Positions 20,347-29,764 of a stretch of 64,000 nt of DNA are shown here, one piece after another (position 1 is the first letter of the stretch; every line of letters begins with the position of its first letter). Under the pieces are notes generated by a model, which had not been told where the DNA came from, did not search any database, and saw only the letters and a list, made by a program, of their open reading frames with translations. Source of the stretch: Sulfurospirillaceae bacterium (GTDB taxonomy: Bacteria > Campylobacterota > Campylobacteria > Campylobacterales > Sulfurospirillaceae). Made by a program: the position numbers and the translations under genes. The stretch lies in NCBI GenBank assembly GCA_033723415.1, contig JAWVXD010000004.1, positions 160,001 through 224,000 of the forward strand, read 5' to 3'.

Positions 20347-21471
20347 CTAATAGTGATGTGAATCAGCTTCAATCTCTGCTGAAGTGATCTTTTTTTTATC
20401 CATAGCTTTCCACACAAAATATATATAACCCAGTACAAACGGAACTCCCAAAGAGACATAGCTCATACTTGCAAGAGTGTAATGTGAGCTAGAACTATTT
20501 TGTATATTTAAAGAACTTTGCATATCAGCCAATGAGGGATAGATCGCCGTGGCGTTAAATCCCAACAGGCAAAGTAGACTTAAACTCACCATGACGACAC
20601 CTACTCCACTGTACCATATAGATTTTTTTGAACCTTTGAATATCGTTGCATATAAAGCAAACAGAACCGACAAAGTCCCGATCAAGAACAATGCTAACAA
20701 AATAGGGTTGGCTAGAAAATTCAATAAAAATTTATGGTGCTGGATAAAAAAACCATTTTTGCCATAAGAAAATCCATCTAGATTAAGCAACATGACGATC
20801 GTCACTACAAAAAAGCCTATAAAGAAAAGCGCATCATTTTTTAATTGTCGTATAGTATTTTTGACAATTGCTTCTTCATCAATATTATTCACAAAATACA
20901 TCGCAGCTTGAATACGAGCCAAAAATAAGAGCGTTAATCCCAAAGCTACATTGAACGGGTGTAAAACTCCCTCCAACCCATAAGCAGGTGATACCCAAGC
21001 AGATAAATTCATGTCTGTTCTTACAAAATTGCCTCCGGTAAAAAGCGTTCCAAGAGCTACCCCTATCAAGATAACTCCCAAGCTGCCGTTGATAAAAAGA
21101 AAGTATTCATAAGTTCTCTTACCTAGAAAATTATTTGGCTTGCTTCTGTATTCGTAACTCACAGCTTGGATGATAAAACAAAAGAGTATCGCCATCCAAA
21201 CATAATAAGCCCCTCCAAAACTGACAGAATAAAAAAGAGGAAAAGCAGCGAACAAAGCACCTCCAAACATCACTAAAGAAGTAAATGAAAGTTCCCATTT
21301 TCTCCCTAACGAAGCGATCAACACGTCTCTTTGTTTCTCATTCTTTCCGATTCTATACAAAAGTGTTTGTCCACCTTGCACAAAAGTAATAAAAACAAAA
21401 AGTGCTCCTATCAAAGAGACGAGAAACCACCAATACTCCTGCAGAGCCAATAGAGAAAGATTTTCAAACAT
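20347..21471 (-). CDS. cydB: Cytochrome bd ubiquinol oxidase subunit II
   Basis: LQEYWW, FVQGGQTL, GRKWELSF, FAAFP.FY, EYRSK. Confidence 0.95.
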   Translation of the reverse strand: MFENLSLLALQEYWWFLVSLIGALFVFITFVQGGQTLLYRIGKNEKQRDVLIASLGRKWELSFTSLVMFGGALFAAFPLFYSVSFGGAYYVWMAILFCFIIQAVSYEYRSKPNNFLGKRTYEYFLFINGSLGVILIGVALGTLFTGGNFVRTDMNLSAWVSPAYGLEGVLHPFNVALGLTLLFLARIQAAMYFVNNIDEEAIVKNTIRQLKNDALFFIGFFVVTIVMLLNLDGFSYGKNGFFIQHHKFLLNFLANPILLALFLIGTLSVLFALYATIFKGSKKSIWYSGVGVVMVSLSLLCLLGFNATAIYPSLADMQSSLNIQNSSSSHYTLASMSYVSLGVPFVLGYIYFVWKAMDKKKITSAEIEADSHHY

Positions 21472-22999
21472 GATGTTCTCCTTCAGGTCCGATTTTTATC
21501 TGTTTTAGCATTATCTTTATCTCCGCGATCATAAGAGCCGTAAAAACGAATGCAAACAAACCAAGCGTGATAGCAACAGATGTCGAATTTATATTTGACG
21601 AGGATATAAAAGTCGGCAGCATATCTTGAATCGCCCAGGGTTGTCTTCCAACCTCAGCGACGATCCAGCCGACCTCTCCGGCAAGATATCCAAGCGGTAT
21701 CGAAAATATTGCCGCAAAATACAAAGTCTTCTTATCATCTAGCTTTCCGATCATAGACAAATATAACACTATAAAGAACAATGCAACAAACCACGTGCCA
21801 AGTCCGACCATAATATGAAAACTGTAAAAAGTCAAACCTATAGGAGGGATGATGTCTTTTGGATTTTTCAAATAACCATATCCAAAAAATTTCTCATACT
21901 CCCTGAATTTTTTCAATGCCACAGTCGACTTTTGGATATCTCCAGTCTTCTTTGCTTGTTTATAATCCAGCAAAGCGCCTATAGCCTCCCTGCCTTTGTC
22001 TATCTTATTTTGTGCCGGTTCTATCCCTAGTTTTTTATTTCCCAGCACCAGATCATCGATGCCCGGGACAAATGAATCTATATTTCTAAAGCCCAAGAAA
22101 GAGAGCGCATAAGGGATCTTGATGGACCAGATAAACTCTTCTTGATCATCACCGATCTTTTTGTTACTGTTTAACTGACCTATAGCTATGATCCCGGCTC
22201 GTGATTCGCCCTTATACAAACCTTCCATAGCCGCTAGTTTTGTAGGCTGGCTTTGAGCTACTTGATATGCAGACTCATCACCCGTAAAGATCAAGAATAT
22301 CGAAGCGAGCAGACCGAATGAGGCGCCTACTATGATGCTTCTTTTTGCAAACAAAACATCTCTTTTCTTCAGCAAAAACCAGCAGCTGATACCGACGACA
22401 AAAAGCGAACCCATGACATAACCGCTTGCTATGGTGTGTAAAAATTTTGAGATGGCATTTGGGTTAAACAGTACATCAAAAAAGTTACGCATCTCAAATC
22501 TAGCACTGTCAAGATTAAATCGCATGCCTACAGGATGTTGCATCCAACCGTTTGCTACGAGTATCCACAAAGCTGAAAGATTGGATCCGATCGCTACCAG
22601 CCAAGTTGACAAGAGATGCATCTTTTTTGAGACTTTATCCCAGCCAAAGAACATGACTGCAAAAAATGTGGACTCCATAAAAAATGCCATGATCCCCTCG
22701 ATCGCAAGAGGTGCTCCAAAGATATCTCCCACAATCCAAGAGTAGTTTGACCAGTTGGTGCCAAATTCAAACTCCATGATGATTCCTGTCGCCAGTCCTA
22801 TAGCAAAATTTATCGCAAACAGCGTCATCCAAAACTTCGTTATTTTTTTCCAAGCTTCATCACCGGTTTTCACATAGATACTCTCCATGATGGCGATGAT
22901 AAAGGACAATCCAAGAGTCAATGGAACAAACAGCCAATGATACATAGCAGTTAATGCAAACTGAGCGCGTGATAATTCCACTAAAGTTCCATGATCCAT
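21464..22999 (-). CDS. cydA: Cytochrome bd ubiquinol oxidase subunit I (long Q-loop)
   Basis: RAQFALTAMYHWLFVPLT, EFEFGTNW, ANGWMQHP, QPTKLAAMEG, GWIVAEVGRQPW. Confidence 0.97.
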   Translation of the reverse strand: MDHGTLVELSRAQFALTAMYHWLFVPLTLGLSFIIAIMESIYVKTGDEAWKKITKFWMTLFAINFAIGLATGIIMEFEFGTNWSNYSWIVGDIFGAPLAIEGIMAFFMESTFFAVMFFGWDKVSKKMHLLSTWLVAIGSNLSALWILVANGWMQHPVGMRFNLDSARFEMRNFFDVLFNPNAISKFLHTIASGYVMGSLFVVGISCWFLLKKRDVLFAKRSIIVGASFGLLASIFLIFTGDESAYQVAQSQPTKLAAMEGLYKGESRAGIIAIGQLNSNKKIGDDQEEFIWSIKIPYALSFLGFRNIDSFVPGIDDLVLGNKKLGIEPAQNKIDKGREAIGALLDYKQAKKTGDIQKSTVALKKFREYEKFFGYGYLKNPKDIIPPIGLTFYSFHIMVGLGTWFVALFFIVLYLSMIGKLDDKKTLYFAAIFSIPLGYLAGEVGWIVAEVGRQPWAIQDMLPTFISSSNINSTSVAITLGLFAFVFTALMIAEIKIMLKQIKIGPEGEHHV

Positions 23000-23010
23000 A
23001 CTCCGCTCCT

Positions 23011-23217
23011 TTATTTTGTAATATTTTCTATAACGTAATTTGCTCTATCATTATCATTTGAGAATTTTGTATATAAGATATTTGGGAAGAAGAATAATTT
23101 CAAAATTACAAAAATAATAAAAAGCTTTATCATGATAAGCACCCAAAGCTCTTTTCCTACTCTCATATTTTGAAATCCGTCAATATAAAAATGGGCAATT
23201 TTTCGAAAAATATTCAT
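23011..23217 (-). CDS. DUF4492 (CydP-like) small membrane protein
   Basis: FYIDGF..M.VGK.LW..I.IKLFIIF.ILKLFFFP; first gene of the cyd operon. Confidence 0.85.
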   Translation of the reverse strand: MNIFRKIAHFYIDGFQNMRVGKELWVLIMIKLFIIFVILKLFFFPNILYTKFSNDNDRANYVIENITK

Positions 23218-23319
23218 ATTCCACCTCTATGATTTAGATTGTATAACATAATAATTTAAATAGCTGTTAAAATCATGATAATAAGGATATTACGTAAAAT
23301 CTTTAGTGGTCTCTATGGC

Positions 23320-24600
23320 TTATTTTTCAAACAACATTTTGGCGCGGATCATTTTGTACTTTTTGGACTGCATTTTTGCGATCTGCTCTTTTGTTAGAGG
23401 CGTCGCACCGACTAGGCGCATCGGCACTTTTAGTCTTAGTATCTCATTGTTTCCACGGTAAGGATCGGTTATGAGAGGATTGTCATGACAGCGCTCGCAA
23501 GATTTGGCGACTTTGCCTATAGTGTGCGGCGTATAGGGGATCCAAGCTTCTATCTTTCTGCCCTCTGTTTTACTCACATCATCCAAGATCATCGTCCCGT
23601 TTGCATCTCTATAACTGATACGGTATTGATACAGCGGCCGCAGGATCTTTATCTTGCCATCATCACTATTTCCAAGCACAAAATCTTCCCATCTTCTGTA
23701 TCGGTAGCCGCTATACCACACACCTTTTTTCAAACCGCCGCTCACCCAATCAGGCATCACTGGTTTGATCTTCTCTTTAGAGTTAAGGGCACGATGTAAA
23801 AAGTTGCTCAGATATTCATCTTCTTGCAGAGTCAGTTTTTTCCATTTTGCATAATCTGCCATGTCGTCTCGAAACACGGAAAGCTCGTATGAGCTGTTAT
23901 TCCAAGTTGCATGACACGAAACGCATGCAAGCTTTTTGTGATATGCTCTATGATTTTTGACACTCAAGGTTTTGTGACAATCCGTGCAGCTTATTTTCTT
24001 GCCTTCATGCATATCCGCACTCGTGTGACAACTCACGCAGGTCATGCCTTTTTGAAAATGCACATCCTGGCTTAGATGATGATAGTCGATGCCGTATTTT
24101 ACTTGCGGGAAATGTCCGTTTTTACTCAGCGGTGCACGATAACTCGCCTCTTCGTCTTTTGGGAAAAGCCCTTGAAAATCGCCGCCTACATAGTTTTTAT
24201 TGTGACAGCTCAGGCACTTATCCATAGCGATCTTACTCCTTTGGCATCTGCCGCTTGTTTGGTGTGGCTCATGACACGCAAGACAACTCAACCCTCGCTT
24301 GATTCCTGAGTCTTTGATATCGGTTTTGCTGTCTATATGGCACTTGAGACACTTTCGTCTCAAAAAATCATCGACCAGATCCTTTGGTTTTTTAACATCT
24401 TTTTTTGCTTGTGGCAGCGTTTGGTAAGTCACGTTGGAATCTTTCACACCCCAAGCCTCTCGTGTCATGTTGATCGCTTTACTGAGTGTGTAGTGGATAT
24501 TGTGTTTATAACCCAAGACCTCTTTTTTGTGGCACTGCACACAATTTTGCGCCATCAAAACAGAAGCGAAAAGCAAGGAGAGGATTATTTTTTGAAACAT
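23320..24600 (-). CDS. Periplasmic multiheme c-type cytochrome, 8 CxxCH
   Basis: Sec signal peptide; CVQCH, CLKCH, CLACH, CLSCH, CVSCH, CTDCH, CVSCH, CERCH. Confidence 0.9.
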   Translation of the reverse strand: MFQKIILSLLFASVLMAQNCVQCHKKEVLGYKHNIHYTLSKAINMTREAWGVKDSNVTYQTLPQAKKDVKKPKDLVDDFLRRKCLKCHIDSKTDIKDSGIKRGLSCLACHEPHQTSGRCQRSKIAMDKCLSCHNKNYVGGDFQGLFPKDEEASYRAPLSKNGHFPQVKYGIDYHHLSQDVHFQKGMTCVSCHTSADMHEGKKISCTDCHKTLSVKNHRAYHKKLACVSCHATWNNSSYELSVFRDDMADYAKWKKLTLQEDEYLSNFLHRALNSKEKIKPVMPDWVSGGLKKGVWYSGYRYRRWEDFVLGNSDDGKIKILRPLYQYRISYRDANGTMILDDVSKTEGRKIEAWIPYTPHTIGKVAKSCERCHDNPLITDPYRGNNEILRLKVPMRLVGATPLTKEQIAKMQSKKYKMIRAKMLFEK

Positions 24601-26348
24601 GACGTTTTCCCACTGTAAAAGAGCTTTTTCGATCGGTTGAAATCAACATAGATCGGATCGCTGTAAGTATCATGACAGATGATACACTTGTACGCACCTA
24701 TTATCTTATGAAGCTCTTTTTTGTTGAAACTTCGGGCATATTTTCTGGAGGTACTTTGAAATTGTTTGCCTTTGGCTGAGACGAAACTATCAAGCGGATA
24801 TGACACGGGTTGCCCGCTTTTAACGGAATCATAAAACGGCTGAAACTCGATGTGCCCTTTTTTGATATCCAGATTCCCTCGACCCAGTCCAAGGGATGCG
24901 GGTTTGAAGTGACAATCCACACACGTTCTACTCTTCTTTTGTGTAGTATGTGGATCCCAACCTGCCATCGCCAAAGAGTGAAAATGCTCTACTTTTTTAT
25001 TTTTAAACACCGTGCCGATCACTTGACAACCTGGAGCAAAAGGCATGATCTTTTTGTTATAACCAACCCCCAAAGAAGGCTCTTCAAACCTCAAAAAGCT
25101 GCGAAGCTCCTGCCACTGTCCCGGAGTCACTTTTTTGGCTACCCAATCAAACTGTTTGCCCTTATCAAAGTACACTTCATGACATCCATAACAACTCGGA
25201 GCCACGGGGGCATGACACGCACTGCAATCAAGTCGCTTGTGGATTGCAAGAGTATGGTAGGGTTTGTCGCTCATCATCGTGACGTCAAATCTTTTACCGT
25301 CTTTTTTACGGTACATCACAGCCTTGTCAAGTAGCTTTTGAACATGATAAAGTGGTGCGTGTTTTTTCAATGTATAAGCGATCGTTTTGGATTCCGGCAC
25401 GTGACCGTTTAGATCACTAAGCGTTTGAGCTAAAGAGTCTGATGGTGCAAAGTGCGGTTTATGGCAATCCTTGCATTTCACATCTTCGGCTTCTTCCATG
25501 TGAAAATGTTTGTGTCCATCTCCCATGACGCCGATTTCGCTGTGACAGTCGATGCAGCTCATCCCGGCTTTTGAGTGGTGGATGTCGGAGGGTAGATCGT
25601 AAAAAAATCTGCCGTCTTTCATCTTGTGTGTAAATTTTCCGTGTTTATAAGGCGTACCGTATCCTTCGCTTTCAAAGATACCAGTGTAGGCAAGTCCGAT
25701 TCGGTTTGATCGGTTATGGCACTTGGTACAATTTTGAATCGGGATGACTGAGCTAAATGTAGCGTGATGGTTGCCTTTGGTATCCGTTACTTTGTGGCAA
25801 TCCACACATCCACCGCCTCGCGCGATCTTTTGGTTTTGGAAGATTTTAGGATCTTGATTGACATGACAAGCCGCGCACAGTTTCCTAAAGTGACTCTCCG
25901 CCATCGAATCTGTGTTGATCTTACCTCTGATGTCTTGCACGCCGATCGTCGAGTTTAAGTCTTTGGATTCACCCCATTGGTATTTGAGAACATTTAAGAT
26001 GCCACTTTGTGAGTTCATCATGGAACCCGTGACACGCTTGATGATGTCGCTGTGGCATTTTCCGCAAAACAGCGGTGCATGATCTAAACTTGCGGGATTG
26101 AGTACGATGCCTTTATGCGCGTCTATCTTGTCGGTTGCAAATTTATTGCCTCCATGACACACTGCACAGCCAAATACTGCCTTGGGATGCGCATGATCGA
26201 TGTCGCTCATACCGGAGTGACAGCTGATGCATTGGTCTGGTCTTGTGATTTCGGACTTTGGTAGCGGCTTGTTTTGGAAGATCGATACCACCACAAACAC
26301 AAGTGATAGCACCACCGCTATAAAAAGAATATAAGTTTTTTTTACCAT
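24585..26348 (-). CDS. Membrane-anchored multiheme c-type cytochrome, 12 CxxCH
   Basis: N-terminal TM (likely start ATG 26348, MVKKTYILFIAVV); 12 CxxCH motifs counted; paralogous to the 8-heme neighbour. Confidence 0.9.
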   Translation of the reverse strand: MVKKTYILFIAVVLSLVFVVVSIFQNKPLPKSEITRPDQCISCHSGMSDIDHAHPKAVFGCAVCHGGNKFATDKIDAHKGIVLNPASLDHAPLFCGKCHSDIIKRVTGSMMNSQSGILNVLKYQWGESKDLNSTIGVQDIRGKINTDSMAESHFRKLCAACHVNQDPKIFQNQKIARGGGCVDCHKVTDTKGNHHATFSSVIPIQNCTKCHNRSNRIGLAYTGIFESEGYGTPYKHGKFTHKMKDGRFFYDLPSDIHHSKAGMSCIDCHSEIGVMGDGHKHFHMEEAEDVKCKDCHKPHFAPSDSLAQTLSDLNGHVPESKTIAYTLKKHAPLYHVQKLLDKAVMYRKKDGKRFDVTMMSDKPYHTLAIHKRLDCSACHAPVAPSCYGCHEVYFDKGKQFDWVAKKVTPGQWQELRSFLRFEEPSLGVGYNKKIMPFAPGCQVIGTVFKNKKVEHFHSLAMAGWDPHTTQKKSRTCVDCHFKPASLGLGRGNLDIKKGHIEFQPFYDSVKSGQPVSYPLDSFVSAKGKQFQSTSRKYARSFNKKELHKIIGAYKCIICHDTYSDPIYVDFNRSKKLFYSGKTSCFKK

Positions 26349-26396
26349 ACGAAACTCATCACAATATCCCAAAACCCAAACGATAATAAGGGTGTT
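26342..26396 (-). pseudogene. Decayed 3' end of a second cytochrome b gene
   Basis: TLIIVWVLGY-[2-nt gap]-MSFVW* aligns with ILIASWVVGYFTMSVIW* of the intact cytochrome b (30855-30908). Confidence 0.7.
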
Positions 26397-26408
26397 AATT
26401 TTTAGATA

Positions 26409-26417
26409 ATTGTATCA
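26409..26417 (-). promoter_or_regulatory. Extended -10 box for the multiheme pair
   Basis: TGATACAAT on the minus strand about 60 nt upstream of ATG 26348. Confidence 0.45.
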
Positions 26418-26586
26418 AAATTCGCCTTAGCAAGCGCCATATTTTCATGATACTCTAGGCGTCAAATCCATCGGTTTTGATATAAAATTTCTTACACGTC
26501 TTAAACAATAAATATTGCTGTACAATAGAATGATCTGCGATGCTACAACATTTCAGCTATTTAAAATTTAGAAACAGGAGTTCGAT

Positions 26587-26751
26587 ATGCAAAAAGGTTT
26601 AGCATTTATCATAGTTCTATTCGTGATACTCATGACGAGTGGTTGTTCGAAAACATGGGAAGGTATAAAACGAGATACGGCTAAAAATACCCAATGGAGC
26701 AAAGACAAGGTCAATCACGGAGCTAACTACGTAGAGAAAAAAACCGAGTAA
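26587..26751 (+). CDS. Small entericidin-like lipoprotein, 54 aa
   Basis: AGGAG RBS; MQKGLAFIIVLFVILMTSG-CSKTWEGIKRDT (lipobox and T..G...D pattern); not in the ORF track. Confidence 0.75.
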   Translation: MQKGLAFIIVLFVILMTSGCSKTWEGIKRDTAKNTQWSKDKVNHGANYVEKKTE

Positions 26752-26888
26752 TTCTAAGCTACAGTGGAATTTAAGTATATAAATTGGAAAAATTCCAAGA
26801 TACAATATCGGGTTTATGGGTTTACTTTATCATCAATCTTTGAGTAAGAAGTAAATCTTTGAGCCGTTAACTCCATGACTTTTTATTT

Positions 26889-28061
26889 TTATTTTCTTGT
26901 ATCTTTTCTAACAGATGTTAAAAACTGATAATAAAGATATCCTAGTGCAATCTTATTCAAAGTCATTACTGTATATGAATCATTAAAATTATCTACTTTA
27001 GAAATTAAATTTATAAATTTAAATATATTATTTACCGTAATATCACATCCTAAATATATATTTGTCAAGAAACTAACAATAAATATCAAGATTAAAGGCA
27101 ACCACCAATTGGTAGAATGATTAGAACTAATCCAATGTAGAAAAGAAACTATCCAAGTAGGAAACTTTTTTTCTTCCAAGAGGTTTTCTCTATTTTTACT
27201 GAGCTCTAATGAATGGTATTTATTAGCTTCTATTTTATTATTAATTTTTTCAAAACTATTTTTAAGAATTCGGTAGGTCTCTTGTGATGTTCCTTTTTTG
27301 TTAAGTTCAATATTATTAAAATTAGCTTCTTTGTAGAAAATAGAATCATCTAAATTTAGTCCCTCTTGAAAATGACATTTAGAAAAATTTACATATTCAT
27401 CAAAACTCACATCTTCAAAAACTACTTTTTCATTAAAAATAGACTTTTTAATGACAGTAATTCCTTTGAAATGAATTGTTTTGAAAGTGCTTTTATCTGT
27501 TGTCGAATTTTCTAATTTAAAATTTAAAAAATCACTATTTTGAATACTAATATTAATATTTGGTTGATTAAGAAGTTTTATATTTTGTATGTCTGAATTA
27601 TTTATATCTACACTATTGAGAAAAATGCCCAAATCAAATACTAACTCTTCACTAATAATTGAATCATTGATCTCTAATAATTTGATAGTATTCTTTTGAG
27701 TTTCATATCCAACAAAATAGTTTGTAAAGCCGTAATCAACAAAAAAAGTTCTGATATGATTAAATCTCAACTCATCAAAAGTACATTGAACAAATTCAAA
27801 TTTGTTGTTAAACAAATTTTTATATATTTCTGCAAAATAAAATAGTTCAAATTCACAATTATCAAAACATATAAACTTGCTATCACTTCTTCCTTTTAAA
27901 TCCTCTATAAATTCATCGATAAAGTTTTCATCAAAAATAATATTTTTAACTCTAATTCTTCTATCATTTTCTAAAATAAAATTTGATGTAGAAATTTCTT
28001 GATAATTATTCGTAAGAACAAATTGCTGAAAGTCATTTTTTATATCTTCATAATTTGTCAA
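26889..28061 (-). CDS. Pentapeptide-repeat-like protein with C-terminal TM helices
   Basis: Repeated xxFxxxxF beta-helix pattern (KSIFNEKVVFEDVSFDEYVNFSKCHF); ETYRILK...EANKY; SNHSTNWWLP + TMs; very AT-rich. Confidence 0.65.
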   Translation of the reverse strand: MTNYEDIKNDFQQFVLTNNYQEISTSNFILENDRRIRVKNIIFDENFIDEFIEDLKGRSDSKFICFDNCEFELFYFAEIYKNLFNNKFEFVQCTFDELRFNHIRTFFVDYGFTNYFVGYETQKNTIKLLEINDSIISEELVFDLGIFLNSVDINNSDIQNIKLLNQPNINISIQNSDFLNFKLENSTTDKSTFKTIHFKGITVIKKSIFNEKVVFEDVSFDEYVNFSKCHFQEGLNLDDSIFYKEANFNNIELNKKGTSQETYRILKNSFEKINNKIEANKYHSLELSKNRENLLEEKKFPTWIVSFLHWISSNHSTNWWLPLILIFIVSFLTNIYLGCDITVNNIFKFINLISKVDNFNDSYTVMTLNKIALGYLYYQFLTSVRKDTRK

Positions 28062-28433
28062 TTATTATATTCCTTATATTATTATTTCGTTGGGAATTTG
28101 AATTTCTAAAATAAAAAAGAGGACAGGTAACTTTTCATCATGAACAAAAAGCAAACTGCTAACCCCATAATTATGATTTTTATATCTAATTAATACTTTA
28201 AATCTTTGAATTTCAACATTCTACACTTATTATCCTCCCTCAATTATAGTCCTCTACTACTTAGCATAGTATAAATATAAATCAAATATTTTTTTACGAG
28301 TTATAAAACATTTAAATAGTAACTCCCTTATCATATTCTTCCCCACTATTAAACCTTTATTAAAAAAAACTTTGTAAAATTGCAGCTGCTTTTCAAAATA
28401 TCCACAACTAGCTTGGGGAAACAAGGAAAAATA

Positions 28434-29633
28434 TTGTCTATTAAAAGATCATTTAGCAAGTTATCATATCTTACATTGGGTTTGTTCGTCTTTTTAACCA
28501 TCATTACTACAAAAATATATGCGCAAGAGATTCCATTGCCTCTGCCGCCGAGTATCGATGCCAAAAGCTGGGTGCTCCTAGATTATGACAGCGGGCGAGT
28601 TTTGATATCTAAAAACCCCGATGAGAGGCGAGCTCCTGCTTCGCTTACTAAGCTCATGACAGAGTACGTAGTAGCTTCACAGATAAAAATCGGTGCCATC
28701 CATATGAATGATCTCGTAAGGATCAGCAAACATGCTTGGCTTGGCGGAGGCGCTAAAACAGACGGATCGACTAGTTTTTTAAAGGTACACAGTGAAGTGT
28801 CGCTAGAAAATCTGCTTCACGGCATGATAATCCAATCTGGCAATGACGCAGCGATCGCTTTGGCAGAGCATGTCTCCGGTTCAGAAGAAGCATTTACTCA
28901 TCTCATGAACGCTTATGCTAAAAAGCTTGGCATGAAGAACACGCACTACTCTGATGCTTCTGGTTATCCTGTGGCAGATCACTATAGCAGTGCTAGAGAT
29001 ATAGCGATCCTATCACGTGCGTTGATCCATGATTTTCCGAAAGAGTATGCGATATCTTCGATCAAAGAGTTCAAATGGAACGGTATCAAGCAACGCAATC
29101 GCAATGCCCTTTTATGGCAAGATTCACGGATTGACGGGATAAAGACCGGACATACCGCAGCTGCCGGATATTGTCTCGATGCTTCAGAACTACGTGGGCA
29201 TTCGCGCCTGATCGCCGTCGTGCTTGGAGCCAGTACCAACAAAGCCAGAGCCGAATCTGCTATGAGCTTGTTGGAATATGGATTTCAGTATTTCAAAACT
29301 TACAAACTTTACGAGCCTTCCAAGCCGATCATCACTTCTCGTTTGTGGGAAGGTAAGAAAAAGACGCTTCAAGTCGGTGTACAAAAAGATGTCTTGGTGA
29401 CGATAGGAAAAGGAAGATACGGCGATATAAAAACGTATGTAAATCTTCCGACTTCGCTGATAGCTCCTTATAAAAAAGGAACTCCGATCGGCACTTTGAA
29501 GATAACGCTGGAGGGCAAAACTCTCAAAAGCGTTCCATTGGTAGCTTTGAGCGATGCACCAAGAGGCAGTTTTTTCTCTAGAGAATACGATAGTATCTTA
29601 CTGTGGTTTCACACACATCTGGGAAAATCTTAA
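28434..29633 (+). CDS. dacA: Serine D-Ala-D-Ala carboxypeptidase (PBP5/6, peptidase S11)
   Basis: PASLTK (SxxK), SGNDA (SxN), KTGHT; PBP5 C-domain; likely start TTG 28434 after AAGGA (ORF open from 28380). Confidence 0.9.
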   Translation: MSIKRSFSKLSYLTLGLFVFLTIITTKIYAQEIPLPLPPSIDAKSWVLLDYDSGRVLISKNPDERRAPASLTKLMTEYVVASQIKIGAIHMNDLVRISKHAWLGGGAKTDGSTSFLKVHSEVSLENLLHGMIIQSGNDAAIALAEHVSGSEEAFTHLMNAYAKKLGMKNTHYSDASGYPVADHYSSARDIAILSRALIHDFPKEYAISSIKEFKWNGIKQRNRNALLWQDSRIDGIKTGHTAAAGYCLDASELRGHSRLIAVVLGASTNKARAESAMSLLEYGFQYFKTYKLYEPSKPIITSRLWEGKKKTLQVGVQKDVLVTIGKGRYGDIKTYVNLPTSLIAPYKKGTPIGTLKITLEGKTLKSVPLVALSDAPRGSFFSREYDSILLWFHTHLGKS

Positions 29634-29764
29634 ACTCAAGAGGGTAGTCCGTATAACGATCAAGCACCCTTTTACTCGGGGATTCAGTATATATAGTTAG
29701 GTGGTTTTAGAATGATTGCATTTAAAGCTGTTAACCAGATTATAAAGATAACCAAGAACAAGGG

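Noticed and set aside
24810..25334. 174-aa plus-strand ORF and the many other 60-130 aa antisense or nested ORFs
   Set aside because: They lie opposite or within well-supported genes, lack motifs and RBS, and are best explained as shadow ORFs
28075..28245. Minus-strand GGAGG RBS followed by GTG-TAG and a ~48-codon open stretch
   Set aside because: Stop at the second codon, no recognisable similarity, AT-rich background; cannot be supported as a gene
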